The notes beneath the pieces are model-generated. The model searched no databases. It was not told where the DNA came from and was given only the letters and a program-made list of their open reading frames with translations. Below are positions 11,127 through 22,648 of a stretch of 64,000 nucleotides of DNA, piece after piece. Source of the DNA: Anthoceros angustus (taxonomy: Eukaryota; Plantae; Anthocerotophyta); contig MU008154.1 in the NCBI GenBank assembly GCA_010909165.1, positions 558,001 to 622,000 of the forward strand, given 5' to 3'. A program made the position numbers and the translations under genes. Numbering within the stretch: position 1 is the first letter of the stretch; each line of letters opens with the position of its first letter.

Positions 11127-13688
11127 CACATGTATGTGCTGGACACGACGGGATGGGCCGAAGTATGTGTTGCAGCTGTCTATTTTTGGCCGGTGGCGTT
11201 TTCCATGCATCGCACGCGTGTAACCGTTTCGGCGCGAGGCACCCATGAAATACCTGTCTAGCTCCGGATTATTTTATTTTTTACATAAACAAAGTATCCA
11301 AGTAATAGTGAATTCGGAGACTTGATAGGTATGTCAAAGTATCCATAACCCTTAGGGCACTAACAATCTCATCTGGAGTTGGGAGTTTGATTTGGAGTAA
11401 TTCTGTAGGGCACTAACAACTTGATTTAGAATTTGAATGTTTATTTCGAACGGTCTCGAATTGAAGAACTCTCTCGTGGGAGTAATCCCGTAGGGCATTA
11501 ACAACTTGATTTGGAGTAACCCTTTAGGGTATGAAAAGTATGCAAGTAATCGTTTTCTTTGGCAAATTCAGCTAAATATTAAATACTATAGAGGTTGATA
11601 ATTGCAAAGAGTCCCACAAAAAATAAAAAAACAAACACCACAGTACTAAAACAAAGAGTAGTGTTAGAATGTAAGTAATGATTCTACAGACCCATTGTAA
11701 GTAGAACACATACACTCTTACATTTCCAAGTAGCCTCATTTCCTCAATGACTCGCGATTAGCCATTTGGATCTCAATAAAAATATCGTACAACAAAGCAA
11801 ACATTAATCATTTAACTCCATCAGTTGTGTCACATGTTCTCTTTCTCATCACTCTTAGGTAGGACATGATTGGTCTAGGATCACTTGAAATTTAAATTTA
11901 AATTTTATTATAAGATTAACTTATTATATTTGATTATTTGAGTAATTATATTATTGTATTTATTTATATTTATTTAATATTAAATTATTGTATTTGATTA
12001 TTTAACATCACTCATATTGTTGCCAAGAATATTCTTTCAACTTTTAAAGACCTCTATTCCTGCCCACATTTATAAGAATGTTGTTGTTATTTTGCATGGT
12101 GCAGTGTTCAGATTTCAAATGCAGCTGGTCGTGGGCACACATTCATTTTGGAGCTCAGGCACATAGATTGACAGCTTTGCAGAGCAGAGCTCGTCCGGGA
12201 CTGTGCGGGTTACTTCAAGCTCAGGAGGTGAAATCCGAATGCTTAATTGCTTTCTTTTGTTGGTTAGTGCTTTCTTTTGGGCATATTTGATCTGGATCGT
12301 TGGGTTTTTTGGAGTTTGTTTGCATGTGCTGTTTATTTGCTGCCATGTTCCCTTCAAGTTACAGCACACATGACAAGGATATGCTTGCAGTGATTTATGC
12401 TCTAAGGACTTGGGGACATTACACATGTATGTGCTGGACACGACAGGATGGGCCGAAGTATGTGTTGCAGCTGTCTATTTTTGGCCGGTGGCGTTTTCCA
12501 TGCATCGCACGCGTGTAACCGTTTCGGCGCGAGGCACCCATGAAATACCTGTCTAGCTCCGGATTATTTTATTTTTTACATAAACAAAGTATCCAAGTAA
12601 TAGTGAATTCGGAGACTTGATAGGTATGTCAAAGTATCCATAACCCTTAGGGCACTAACAATCTCATCTGGAGTTGGGAGTTTGATTTGGAGTAATTCTG
12701 TAGGGCACTAACAACTTGATTTAGAATTTGAATGTTTATTTCGAACGGTCTCGAATTGAAGAACTCTCTCGTGGGAGTAATCCGTAGGGCATTAACAACT
12801 TGATTTGGAGTAACCCTTTAGGTATGAAAAGTAATAATCGTTTTCTTTTGGCAAATTCAGCTAAATATTAAATACTATAGAGGTTGATAATTGCAAAGAG
12901 TCCCACAAAAATAAAAAACAAACACCACAAGATTAAAACAAGAGTAGTGTTAGAATGTAAGTAATGATTCTACGACCCATTGTAAGTAGAACACATACAC
13001 TCTTACATTTCCAAGTAGCCTCATTTCCTCAATGACTCGCGATTAGCCATTTGGATCTCAATAAAAAATATCGTACAACAAAGCAAACATTAATCATTTA
13101 ACTCCATCGGTTGTGTCACATGTTCTCTTTCTCATCACTCTTAGGTAGGACATGATTGGTCTAGGATCACTTGAAATTTAAATTTAAATTTTATTATAAG
13201 ATTAACTTATTATATTTGATTATTTGAGTAATTATATTATTGTATTTATTTATATTTATTTAATATTAAATTATTGTATTTGATTATTTAACATCACTCA
13301 TATTGTTGCCAAGAATATTCTTTCAACTTTTAAAGACCTCTATTCCTGGCCACATTTATAAGAATGTTGTTGTTATTTTGCATGTTGTTCGATTTCAAAT
13401 GTACCGGTCGTACACATTCATTTTGGAGCTCGGGCACATAGATTGACTTTGCAGAGCGAGCTCGTCCGGGACCGTATGGTTACTTCAAGCTCGGAGGTGA
13501 AATCCGAATGCTTAATTGCTTTTGTTGGTTAGTGCTTTCTTTTGGGCATATTTGATCTGGATCGTTGGGTTTTTTGGAGTTTGTTTGCATGTGCTGTTTA
13601 TTTGCTGCCATGTTCCCTTCAAGTTACAGCACACATGACAAGGATATGCTTGCAGTGATTTATGCTCTAAGGACTTGGGGACATTACC
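11127..13688. repeat. Tandem duplication of ~1.3 kb (11127-12422 and 12423-13688)
   Basis: Both units start acatgtatgtgctggacacgac and end gctctaaggacttggggacattac. Each contains short ccc(t/g)tagggca..aacaac repeats and an AT-rich tract. Confidence 0.95.
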
Positions 13689-13800
13689 TGTATGGCTGTG
13701 TTCACGGATCACAAGAGTCTAGAACACTTCTATAAGCAGCCGCTCTTGAACCCGAGGCAGAGAAGGTGGGCTGAGATAATTCTTGATTTCCATGTTACTA
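13620..13800 (+). mobile_element. Ty3/gypsy pol RNase H remnant (partial duplicate at ~12355-12422)
   Basis: YSTHDKDMLAVIYALRTWGHYLYG..(F)TDHKSLEHFYKQPLLNPRQRRWAEIILDF is the canonical gypsy RNase H pattern. Confidence 0.85.
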
Positions 13801-13803
13801 AGG

Positions 13804-15588
13804 ATGGATGCTCAACCACCACCAACACCAACAATCTTCAACATGATGAACGTCAGCTCTGACTTCAAGGAGAAGGATCGCTTCGACGGCACAAAATTCG
13901 AAGTATGGTCTCGCCGAATGAAGATCGCTTTGAATACTGGATCGCTCCCGATTGTCGAGTACCTTCCCAAGCCGTCGGTCCCATCCGCTATTGGCCTTTG
14001 GGTATGGCGGAAGACAAGCTATGCATATGCTAATCTCCGGATTAGACGAGGTTACCTTACACCATACTGATGGTGCCATAACCTCTGCTGAAGCTTGGAA
14101 GCAACTCATAAATATCTATCAATCTACTCTTGTTACGGTACGTTTGGAGTTCTACTCATTACGTATGCAACCTAACGACAGTGTTGCTCAGCACATAAGC
14201 AAGTTTAGGTATCTACACGCTCAACTTGCAGCACTTGGAACGGTAATCTCCGAATTTGATGCTGCGGTCCAGCTCTTAGCTAGCCTCCCAGCTAGTTATC
14301 AAACCTTTGTCTCGTCCCAGAATCAGACGATGAGAAATGCTCACCAAGCTGTTAGGTCGGGCCAAGACCCGAATATTACTGTGTCAGAGATTGCTGGAGC
14401 TCTCCTGCAAGAGGAGGCTGCCAGGTTCAATGTTGGCACATCTCAACACGGGGGAGAAAGGATTATGTTCGTGACCAGGGGAAGGTCACAACAGAATAAG
14501 AACAAGAGTTTTCAAGGATCTCGAACGCCTAACTCTTCGCCATCATCTTCTTCCAAGACCCCTAAGCGTGAAGGGAGCTGTAATTGGTGCCAGACACTAG
14601 GCCACTGGAAGAGAGAGTGTCGAAAGAAACTGGCTGGTGAGGCGCGTCAGGAGCCAAGGATGGAGAATGTGTCCGTCGTCTCCAGGCCCAAGACCCGACA
14701 AGATCAGCTTGACCTCTTGCTCTAATTATTCTAGTTGCACAGCTTCTGCCTTGGCTTCTTCACCTCAAGCGGTTCCTATGCTCACAGTTCGCGCTTGAGA
14801 GGGGGAAGATGAATAAGCCAAGGTGAGGCATGCCAGTGAACTTGTCATTGGGATCATAATTGTCATCATTACCGTACAAGTCGACTTTACTACCTCTAAC
14901 TCAATGCACATGATCTCTTTTGCTCAAAGTGTTGCTGCTGTAGAGGGAGTTGCGTGAATGCTACCTTCAAGAGGCAAGCTCTATGCCTGAAGCAGCTTAG
15001 TGCAGTTGGCGACAATTGATGAAGAATATGGTTACTTAGCCTTCACAAGGAAGTGATCATTGGAATGGGAGACTATAGTAGCTATGTGATGCTATGCAGC
15101 TTGCTCATTTGGTAGGACCTTCACAAAATTAGTTCCATCACCTGAGATGCAAGACTGCTCCCGAAGGTTTGATTCTTTTCGAAGTCACAGCCGGTGTACT
15201 TCTCCTTGAGTTCTTGTGTGGCGCCACAGACTCAATGCGCAAAGTACGACTGGGAACTGGAACGACCGAATTGAATATGCCTAAAGCAAAGCCCCTTGCG
15301 ATAGTGGTAATCTCCTTTTGTTATATGGAGCTTTCAAGACAGAGCAATTCGCACGTGTCTGAGAGGGAGAGTTGGAAATAAGGCAAACCACGTGATTTTG
15401 TGTCACTTTGGTTAGTCTAACTAGACCTAGTTATAAATGGTAGTTAGTTAACTAACAGGCTAGTGGAAAGGACACACCCCTTCGTAAAACCGCTATAAAA
15501 GGCCTATCTATGAACCCTTTAATATAACTCTTAATATAGTTGCTAGAAAGCATGTTCTAGGCAATCGCTTCCGCATGGCTCCTCTAAC
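13804..15588 (+). mobile_element. Truncated, internally deleted Ty1/copia: gag (13804-14725), pol scraps, PPT (~15361) and probable 3' LTR (~15370-15588)
   Basis: FDGTKFEVWSRRMK, UBN2-type gag (AEAWKQL..LRMQPNDSVAQHI..LLASLPASY), CCHC knuckle CNWCQTLGHWKREC; purine tract gagagggagag followed by LTR-like sequence with TATA. Confidence 0.8.
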
Positions 15589-17321
15589 TAAGAGGTATAA
15601 GCATGGTTGGGTGCTCACTTTAGTTAGAAACGGTTGAAACGCTCTTAATTTGTCCTCACGCAATGTTTACAATTATGAAAAATTCATTTCTTTTCCAACT
15701 TGTCTGATTTTTTTACATGTTATAGTCATGTCTATTTTATCTAGGATTAAAATTTAATAAAGAATGGTATATTAAAATATGCTTTAAAAATTCAACTTGT
15801 TTAAGGACAATGTCCCCACATAGTCGGCCTTTTGCCGCTTCATTTCACGAACTCGTGGCCCAGGAACGGGCCCGCCAACGCGCTGCCTTCGAAATGCTCC
15901 GAGTTTAATAATCAACATAGAATATCATTTACAGGGTGCAGGCGGGACTGGAGTACGTGCATACCGCTTTTGTGCTGGCAAATGACCTAGGTACTGTAGA
16001 GCTCAACTTGAACTCTGTAGGCTAGGCTGGTAATCGTGACAAGCTCCAGGAGCTCAAACTTGAACTTTGTAGGCTATGCTGGTAATCGTGACAAGCTCCA
16101 GGGCTACATGTGGAGGACGTGGTGGAAGGAGCGGATCAGGTTCGGACGGCGCTACAAGTTGCAAGTAGGTCCGCGGTGCTGGTTTGGTGGATAGTGCGGG
16201 GGCGGTGTGCTGCTTCAAATACGGTGGATAGTGCCATGGCGTTGGAGGTGGTGCCTGCAAACCCTTGGCTTTTTGGACGGCGCTTCCTGACAACAACGTC
16301 GTCAGCAGGCGGAAGCCAAAATGGGCGCTGACCAAAGCGTCGTCGGTAGCAGCGGAAGCACTAACGGTGAAGGTGCTTCACGTGAAGTGGTGTCCGTGGT
16401 GTGGGAAGAAGAAGGCGGGGATACATCACGGAGGTGGGCGAGGCGGATGTTAAGCAGTCACGTCCTCCAGCGCCAAGGAGAGTAGGGGAGGATGCTCCTT
16501 CTGGGAGAGTTGAAGGAGAGGGCGTCAAAACATCAACAGCCCGTGTGCAGAAGCATAGAGAGCGGCAGCGGGCTCTTGCAGCCAATTCTAGTATTAGGGA
16601 ATGCTCGGTGCGTCGCAAACAAGAAGTGGCTCGTACACTAGCCAATCAATTTTTATGCCTTACCGCTGCATACACGGCAGAAAGTCGTAGAGACATCTTG
16701 GAGGTGTTTAGTCACCTACCACTTCTCAAGTTGTATAGGCCAGGGGCTACAAAGGATGCAAAAGAGATCCAACTAGGAGCATTGTTGTTGAAGAATGTGC
16801 GTGAGGCTTCTACAAACTTGAAGGCAGTTCAAGTTGGAGACCATTTGCGAGCAAGGAACACCCTGTTCAACGTCATTTTATCTCAAGATCTCCAAGACAA
16901 TCACCTTGTTGCTCGCTTTCCCACCACATTGGAGTCAAGGCGATCCATCAAGCCCTAAGCACAAGGCGGGGAGGGCATGCCTCGGTGATGATCCGGTTGG
17001 GTGATGGAAGGAGATCAAGATCGACATCCTTTCGCCACATGTTAAGGCCACCATCGTCCACTTTTGGGAATCGGCTTCCGTCCTTCATCCAACACAAAGA
17101 TACCAAGCGGTTGCGAATAGCACCGAAAACGTTCATCAAACATATCACGCACTTTCGGACATGTCACGGTATGTGGAATTGTCGACTTGAGTTTGAAGTG
17201 TTGATTGTAGTTGTTCTTCTCAAGGACGTAATGTGGAAGTTTGGCTTGCTAGGTTTGAGATTTGTGTTTAGGTTGTTCGATCAAGGGCGTGTCTTGGGTC
17301 CTTCTAACAACGGTCTCGATA

Positions 17322-19385
17322 GGGGTTATTCTCCATTAAAGGGGTTTGGGTCCCTAAAGACCAAAAATGACCCCAGCAGGCCAAAATGCATCATCTTTAG
17401 CAAAACCACTCTTTAGACATGTCTTGAAAGACATTGACCATGTTATTTTCTCGTGAATACTTACGCTAAGGTTTGAAGCCGAAGAAGGTTCAGATTTCAC
17501 CTTCACAAGGAAGGATTTCAAGGATTTTTAACGGTGCTAGGAATCCTAAACACCTCTTTCGCAGCGATAGTACTTCCTAGCGGGGTGAGCAGTAGGCAAA
17601 CCAAACAAAATTAGTCCAGCAAGCCAAAGCTGCGCGGGCGTAAACACGCATAAAAGTAGCAATTATAGCGAAAAGAAACAGCTGGCGGACGTCCGGCGCA
17701 ATTGTGAAGAACATTAAGCAAATAGCGATCATGGCCATCTCGAGAGGACCAAACTACGACTCTAAAAGTAGCGATGGGCGTCGGTGCATTGAGTACACAA
17801 CCACAGGATCTCCATTGTTAGAGTGAAAACATAGAAGGAATTGGAGCAATGCACGGACATTGGCACATTGCGGGAGCCGACGTCCGCATTTTCTGAGACC
17901 CCAATCTTGCGGGCGTCCGCGAGATGGAAATGGTGGAGTGGATGTGCGGACGTCGGCGCATCTATATATATTGTTTGTCCTTATCTGGGATAGGTGCATA
18001 GACTCAATGGCATAAGAACTCCAAGGTTAAGCACCGGTCGGATCAACAGGATGGGGTGCTTGATTGTGGTGTTTTCGAACTTTATAGTTAAGTATTCTTG
18101 GGTGGATTAGTACTAGGATGGTTTACTTATTTTTGGCGCTTTGGATACTTGATTTTTTTAACTTTTGAAAACTTTGTAACAACTCCTTTAAGCAACCTAG
18201 GCGTATCAATACTAGGATGGAGTGTTGATTTTTAGTGGTTTGAAAAATTTGTAAATCATCCGGTATCTAGGCGTAAAGTCATGAATATTATTTTTGAAAA
18301 TCATTTGTTGGTTGATGTTATATTCCACATTCGCTTTGTATACAACATGTAAAACCTTTTGGCCTTACTCTATGTGCCCTTCCGACTTGGTATGGATCTC
18401 TTTGGTAGTCGCAAAATGTCCGCTCATTCGAGTTTGATGCACGTATAGATGCATAGGCCTTGGTTTCTAGATGAGCTACATTTTCCAAAATTCGACATGT
18501 ATGATGGTGGTTTCTAATGGCCAACCTTTTGAAGACGACAATGTTTCACAATGTTTTGCGAGAAGCAAGAAAATAAATAGAATAGATGATTTGTCCTTGA
18601 GTAATGAAAAGCTGTGGATGTAGTCGAACACAAGTATAAAAAGATCGTACACGAGCCCCAGAGAGGCCGAGTATCTGAAGAAAGAGGTCGGGTCAAGTTT
18701 TGACCAAATGGTGAGTATTTGGTGAGGCTTTGAAGGAGGACATGTCTATACCTTGTGCGCCCACCAAGTTATGCCTAGGTGTTCGAGACGAACTATAGCC
18801 AAGCACCAGAGATTTTGAATTTAAGATCGACTTGCTCCATGTGCCACCCATGGATAGATTAAGGTTGAAAGCGATGCGGACTTGACAAGAAGAAATGTAA
18901 GCTCAAGAGTTTGATCAAGAGCGGTTGAGGAGGCCTCACCATCCTTTACCTTGTCCAATTCTGAGGCCTAATCTGATCTAAGTGCGGCTTATCTCCGACA
19001 CGGAGGGGCGGGCGACGGTATGCTGCCGTGCAGGATTGCTCGAATCACGGGGTTTGAAAAGAGAATTGATGTGAGTGTTGGTGCGGTGGCAAGTGTGCAC
19101 AAGCAACTTGAACGAAAGTGCTTGCCTACACAAGTATTGACGCAACCCTCTCCAAACCCGGTGTATTGCACCTCTTTGGAGTATAAGTCGCGGACGTCGG
19201 TGCACTCTTTGGAGCATACGCCACCATCCCATACTTGGTACAAAGGTGTGTCCGTCATTTCGTGCGGACACATTAGGTCTTCCTTGGGCTCGGATGCATG
19301 GGCTGGTTCAAAATCATCGAAAAATGAAATGAGACATGTGCATTTACGTATGGTTGGGGCCAAAATGGGGTTCGAGACAAACCCC
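17322..19385 (+). mobile_element. Non-autonomous ~2.06-kb TIR element flanked by TA (copy 1)
   Basis: Termini GGGGTTATTCTCC and rc GGGGTTTGTCTC, TA on both sides. An inverted full copy at 51460-53530 has the same boundaries in a different host. Repeated internal cggacgtccg palindromes; no convincing ORF. Confidence 0.85.
18011..18222 (+). promoter_or_regulatory. Three tandem degenerate 5S rRNA internal-control-region (box A/box C) fragments
   Basis: gaactttatagttaagtattcttgggtggattagtactaggatgg (18077-18121) aligns to plant 5S GAACTCCGCAGTTAAGCGTGCTTGGGCGAGAGTAGTACTAGGATGG. Related units at ~18011-18056 and ~18180-18222. Confidence 0.75.
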
Positions 19386-21571
19386 TATCTTTGGAAACAA
19401 CTGTTTAAACTCGCTTGTGTTTCCTTCCTCATACAACCGTAGGGTGTCTTCCTGCTAGCAACTAAGTGGTGACCACGCTCAAACAAGAGTCACCGGAATC
19501 GAGTGTGTTACATGTTTGTTACGTCACCGGGACCCAAGCTTGCATGTTTGACCCCAATGTCCTATGCTCACATATGATCTGCGACTCCATGTGGCCTCCA
19601 TTGTGGGTTTGGTGTTGCTTTTACCGTAGGTTTCTTAGGTTGATTGGTGTGTTCTTCCGTGACATGTGCGACGGAGTTCTACCTTCGCTCACAAGAACAC
19701 AAATACAAGTTGGGCAACGGTCATTCGAGAAGTTGAAGCCGTTCTTTGTTAAGAGCTTGCAAGAGCGCAATCTCTGCTCATCGGTACCATGTGGAAATGG
19801 CGTTCCTTAAAGATGCCTTCAATAACCTCCGGGCAGCCTGTGGTTCACCCGTGGCGATGTCATTGTTCCTGCCTGTGTGCTCATCCTTTTGGCTCAAGAG
19901 CTTCATTGTAACGCCTCCACTTGTTTGGCTTGATCGAGGACACTATGTGAGCGTGTTCTTTGTGCAAAGGGTGAGGATGTGCCCGGCATTCCCCGGCATG
20001 CTTGCTAGGAACATGTGATGTGTGGTGTCAACACACTTCCTTCCGCCTTCGAGACATGTTTGGATATTCGTGCAAATGTCGTTCTTAAGTGGCCCTTTCA
20101 ATATCGTAGTCGGAAAGGATCGATGGCAACGACAAGAAAAGGATCAAACTAGTGTTTAGGGAAACACATCCTTCCGTGTTTGTGGAGTATCCGAAGGTAA
20201 GGCTGAAGGAGTTTACATTTCATGATTATATCCAGTGGTGGGGATAGAGTTCGACATTGTCTCGAATGGTTCCACGGATGTTGTGGTTTCGTGCTCGATT
20301 TTGCTCGAACTATGCATTTGGGGTCCGAATGAGATTCAATCCATGCACCGCGTAACGACCAGTTACTATTTTGGTGTTGGTTTTACAGCGCAATGGCCTG
20401 TTGATGCAGAGGACCCGCGCATCAATTGAGAAGTACTATCACTTTTATATTAGCGATGACATGGTCCATGACACTCTATTTGTGCAACACTGTTTGCTAA
20501 AACAGTGGCAGTGGATGCAGGATGCGGGATTCCCTCAACCTCGAGAACACTGGTGCTGGTCAGATGGGGCAGCTAGCCAATTCAAAGCGTGTCGACCTAG
20601 CTACTTCATTGCTCGGTATCCTAGCATCACAGGTGGGTGCAACATGCTTTGGTCTTATTTTGGAAGTGGGCACGGGAAGGGGGAGCACGATGGTGCAGGT
20701 GCCATCTTGAAGCGTGCTCTGCGAGCTGCAGAGTCGCCCCTCATCGCGGGATGGAAAATGCTGCGATGTGGTGGAGTACAAAGAAACATCTCGCTGTGCA
20801 CAGCTCTTATGCAAGTCTTGATCATGCGTTCACAAGTTTTTGGCTCATTGGAAAGAGAGGTAAACCCGAAACAAATTTGGTTGTGACCCCATACCGGATC
20901 CAAGCAAATGCACAGATGGTTGTGACATGCATGACCCCACGCAATTGCGAATGCGGAGCCTTGCATGTTGCAGAGTGTATGGAGAGCAACCATTCGGTGA
21001 AATGGTGCCTCATCGGCTTTTGGAGGTCGGTCGAATCACACCCGGGCTGCCCCGCATAAACACGACAAGCGGTTGACCAGCAAGTCCTCTGACCGATGAT
21101 TGCGATCGTGCACTTCCAACAATTGAAGTGAGGATGATGATGTTGATGATGTCTCGAGATGGCGTATATCTTGGAAGTTGGAGATAACTTCCTTGTCTTG
21201 CCACTGCAGATGAAGGGCTGGATTTTTACTTGACTTGCACTAAGGCCAAGCACACGCATCGAGTCTGATTGCCCTTGGAGTAAAAGAGAATTCCAGTGAG
21301 GAGGTGGTTGTCGGACAATACTATATGTTGGAAAAGCATTTGCCCGAGTCCGTGTATAGCTTGCCTTGGGATCCGGAGGAATGCATTTTGCCAGCTCAAA
21401 TTGTTCGATACATGCAAGTTCACAATGGCACCACATGGGCACGATGGAGAAGTCCATATAGGCTAACCACAAGCCTGTGAACAAGTCACGCCTATGTCTA
21501 TGAAAGCAAGCGAGGAAGGTGAGTACTACCGTGGAAGAGTTCGTGGTTCATGATCAACTGCGGTCTTGAGA

Positions 21572-22105
21572 TGAGCACAACCCGATTCGATCAACACGCA
21601 TCGCGCGGAGAACGAATTAATGCAAGCCGCCGTGCCGATGATGCTATTTTCACATTGTTTGGGCCGCGTTTATCGATCGCTATGTTGTCACCTGCTTCGG
21701 GTGCCGAGTTTACTAGACTATGTTGTCACACTATGTGCTTTGAAGGTCAAAGCTACAAAATGTTTTGGCTCAAGACTTGTGACCCAAATTCGTGCTATAA
21801 CGCTGCTTTGTCGATATATGTTTCGTTGCACGATAGATCATGTTCATTCTGCAGTCTTGAGATGAGCACAACCCGATTGGATGAACACTGCGCGAGGAGG
21901 ACAACGATTAATGCAAGCCGCCGCCCCGAGGTTTCTATTTTCACATTGCTCCGGGCCGCGTTTTCAGATCTCGCTATGTTGTCACCTGCTTCGGGTGCCG
22001 AGTTTACTAGACTATGTTGTCACACTGCAAGGGTAAGGTCAACAAAATGTTTTGGCTCAAGACTTGTGACCCAAATTCGTGCTATAACGCTGCTTTGTCG
22101 ATATC
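21572..22105. repeat. Tandem duplication of ~280 bp downstream of the transposase
   Basis: gtcttgagatgagcacaacccgatt...gctataacgctgctttgtcgatat occurs twice; single homologous unit at ~63011-63270. Confidence 0.9.
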
Positions 22106-22162
22106 CGCTTCGCTGCCCTAATAGATGTGCGTCGGGAGTGGGAGCTCAAGTTTGATAAAATA

Positions 22163-22648
22163 TGTGATTATGGGTATGTGGGTATGTGGTATGTGGGTAT
22201 GTGGGTATGGGTATGGGTATGTGGATGTGGGTATGTGGGTATGTGGGGATGGGGATGGGATGTGGGTATGTGGATGTGGATGTGGGGATGTGGATGTGGG
22301 ATGGGATGTATGTGGGATGGGATGTGGATGTGGGATGGGGATGGGATGTGGGGATGTGGATGTGGGATGGGATGTGATGTGGGTATGTGGATGTGGATGT
22401 GGTATGTGGATGTGGGTATGTGGATGTGGGTATGATGGGATGTGGGATGGGATGTGGATGTGGATGTGGATGTGGGGATGTGGGGATGTGGGATGATGTG
22501 GATGTGGATGTGGGGATGTGGGATGGGGGATGTGGGGATGTGGGGATGTGGGATGATGGGATGTGGGATGGGGATGGGATGTGGGATGGGATGTGGATGT
22601 GGGGATGTGGGATGGGGATGGGGATGGGATGTGGTGATGGGGATGGGT
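22163..22648. repeat. G-rich simple repeat (GATGTG/GGGATG/GGTATG)n
   Basis: Directly visible; a shorter related tract occupies the homologous position of the second Sola copy (63400-63545). Confidence 0.95.

Larger units (their letters stand above)
16401..21000 (+). pseudogene. Frameshifted DDD transposase of the Sola-type element, interrupted at 17322-19385
   Basis: In order: VGQRSFEKLKPFFV..C..RYHVEM, CLLGTCDVC, DFA(E)NY..NEIQSMH (first D), ISDDMVHD, WSDGAASQFK (second D), WSYFGSGHGKGEHDGAGAILKR (third D). Confidence 0.8.

Noticed and set aside
18011-18222. Functional 5S rRNA gene
   Set aside because: Only the central ~50 nt is present and degenerate; no 5'/3' ends.
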